Shown piece by piece: positions 62,229-64,000 of a stretch of DNA of 64,000 bases. Source of the DNA: Sedimentisphaerales bacterium (lineage in GTDB: Bacteria; Planctomycetota; Phycisphaerae; Sedimentisphaerales; SM23-30); assembly GCA_963663805.2 (NCBI GenBank), contig CAXXMR010000018.1, positions 115,645 to 179,644 of the forward strand, read 5' to 3'. The notes under the pieces were generated by a model. It made no database searches, was not told where the DNA came from, and was given only the letters and a program-made list of their open reading frames with translations. The number at the start of each line of letters is the position of its first letter. Position 1 is the stretch's first letter. The position numbers and the translations under genes are program-made.

Positions 62229-63568
62229 ATGTTTTTCTCGTATATTGATAGCAAACCGGGGAGAAATCGCTTTGCGGGTCATCCGAGCCTGCAAGGAAAT
62301 GGGTGTTCAGTCGGTCGCGGTGTTTTCGCAGGCTGACGCGGGCGCTCATTATCTTTCACTGGCGGACCAGTCGATTTGCATCGGACCGGGCGAGCCGGGC
62401 GAAAGCTACCTGAACATTCCGCGGATAATCAGTGCCGCCGAAATCGCCAATGTAGAGGCGATTCATCCGGGCTACGGTTTTTTAGCGGAAAACGCTCATT
62501 TCGCGGAAGTTTGCCGTGATTGCAAGATAGAGTTTATTGGTCCGTCGCCGGAGTCGATGCGTCTGCTGGGCGATAAGGTCGCGGCCCGTGAACTTGCCAT
62601 CGAAGCGAAGGTGCCGGTATGTCCCGGTTCTGACGGCGTGGTGGCGGATGAGGATACCGCTGCCAAGATTGCCGGCCAGATAGGCTATCCGGTAATCATC
62701 AAGGCCTCGGCGGGTGGGGGTGGCCGCGGTATGAGAATCGCTCACAATGAGATTTCGCTGCGTTCGGGTTTTCATAGTGCCAAAAGCGAAGCGGAAGTGG
62801 CGTTTAAAAGCTCGGAAGTATATATCGAAAAATATCTGGAACATGCCCGGCACGTAGAGGTGCAGATTCTGGCTGACAATGCCGGGAATGTGCTGCATCT
62901 GTTTGAGCGTGATTGCAGTTTGCAGCGTCGCCATCAGAAACTACTGGAAGAATCGCCCAGTCCCCATTTGAAACAGGATGTGCGTGAGGAACTCTGCAAG
63001 GCGGCGGTACGTCTGATAAAGGCGGCTAAATACGTCAATGCTGGTACGGTGGAATTTCTGCTGGACCAGGACGACAATTTCTATTTTGGCGAGGTGAATA
63101 CCCGAATTCAGGTTGAACATCCGGTGACAGAAATGGTTACGGGCGTGGACCTGGTCAACTGGCAGTTGAGGATAGCGGCGGGCGAACACCTGAAATTGAA
63201 ACAAAAGGATATTAAGGCTCAGGGCAGTGCCATAGAATGCCGAATAAATGCGGAGGACCCGGCGAAGAAATTTACCCCGTGTCCGGGTCCGATAAATGAT
63301 TTTATGGCTCCGGGCGGTCTGGGTGTGAGGCTGGATACCCATGCGTATGCGGGTTTCCAGATTTCGCCGCGATATGATTCGCTTATCGGCAAGCTGATTG
63401 TCCATAAGCCCCACCCGGGCCGAAGCGATCGCGTGCATGAAACGGGCTCTTTCGGAGTTTAAGATTGGGCCCATAAAAACTACTATACCGTTATGCCTGG
63501 AAATTCTGTCACATCCGCAGTATGTTAAGGGCAATGTTGATACAGGTTTTATTGAACGAACTTGGTAA
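62229..63568 (+). CDS. accC: Biotin carboxylase, with single-base insertions near 62232 and 63410
   Basis: [55 protein letters not shown]-terminus continues in another frame. Confidence 0.95.
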
Positions 63569-63606
63569 GTTTGGTTAAGTGCGGTTGGCACACGAGGTAA
63601 TCTAAG

Positions 63607-64000
63607 ATGAAGAAACTAAAAGGTAACGCGGTAGTTGGTCAGTCCGGCGGTCCGACCGCGGTAATCAATCAATCTCTGGTCGGTGTAATCGAAGAATGCC
63701 GTGAGCACGATTGTGTCGAAAATCTGCTCGGTGCGGTACATGCGGTTAGTGGTATCGTCAAAGGTGATTTTGTGAACCTGGACGCGATTCCGAAGCGTCA
63801 GCTGGAGTATATCGCCGGCTCGCCTTCTTCGGCACTCGGCTCCAGTCGTGATAAACCGGACGAGGCCTATTGCGCGAAGATTTTCGACGTATTCAAGAAG
63901 AACAATGTACGTTACTTCTTCTATATCGGTGGTAACGATTCTGCCAGTACCGCGCACATCATCAATACGATGGCCCAGAAGGCTGATTACGAACTGCGGG
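63607..64000 (+). CDS. Phosphofructokinase family protein (likely PPi-dependent), runs off the window
   Basis: GQSGGPTAVIN, LGSSR, YIGGNDS. Confidence 0.88.
   Translation, partial: MKKLKGNAVVGQSGGPTAVINQSLVGVIEECREHDCVENLLGAVHAVSGIVKGDFVNLDAIPKRQLEYIAGSPSSALGSSRDKPDEAYCAKIFDVFKKNNVRYFFYIGGNDSASTAHIINTMAQKADYELR

Noticed and set aside
1..64000. tRNA or rRNA genes, prophage, known anti-phage defence operons
   Set aside because: No cloverleaf, rRNA-like segment, phage structural gene or recognisable defence domain was seen by eye.

Overview
Bacterial genomic window, most likely from Planctomycetota (Phycisphaerae/Sedimentisphaerales-like). This is inferred from prepilin-type DUF1559-like genes, a PEP-CTERM protein, C-terminal dockerin-like '...A..WL' tails and rve-type transposases. 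The first 22 kb is rich in mobile DNA: an intact IS66, an AT-rich K+-channel islet with a 1-kb repeat-rich spacer, a serine transport/deamination pair, and an IS21 joining two truncated genes. It also holds a decayed monovalent-cation locus (two MpsC/DUF2294 genes, an internally deleted eRF1-like gene, two candidate riboswitch-terminators), priA, and a nest of broken elements. The stretch from 22 to 51 kb carries regulators, a hybrid kinase plus hemerythrin, and two PUL-like clusters built as regulator - prepilin-type protein - secreted dockerin/PEP-CTERM proteins - enzymes/transporter, with readable operators. The last 13 kb is mostly core genes (M16 pair, hemW, SBP + hybrid kinase, lepA, M24 peptidase, accB, accC, pfk); frameshifts there are probably sequencing errors. 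No rRNA, tRNA or CRISPR array was seen. All calls come from motif recognition by eye; no searches were run.
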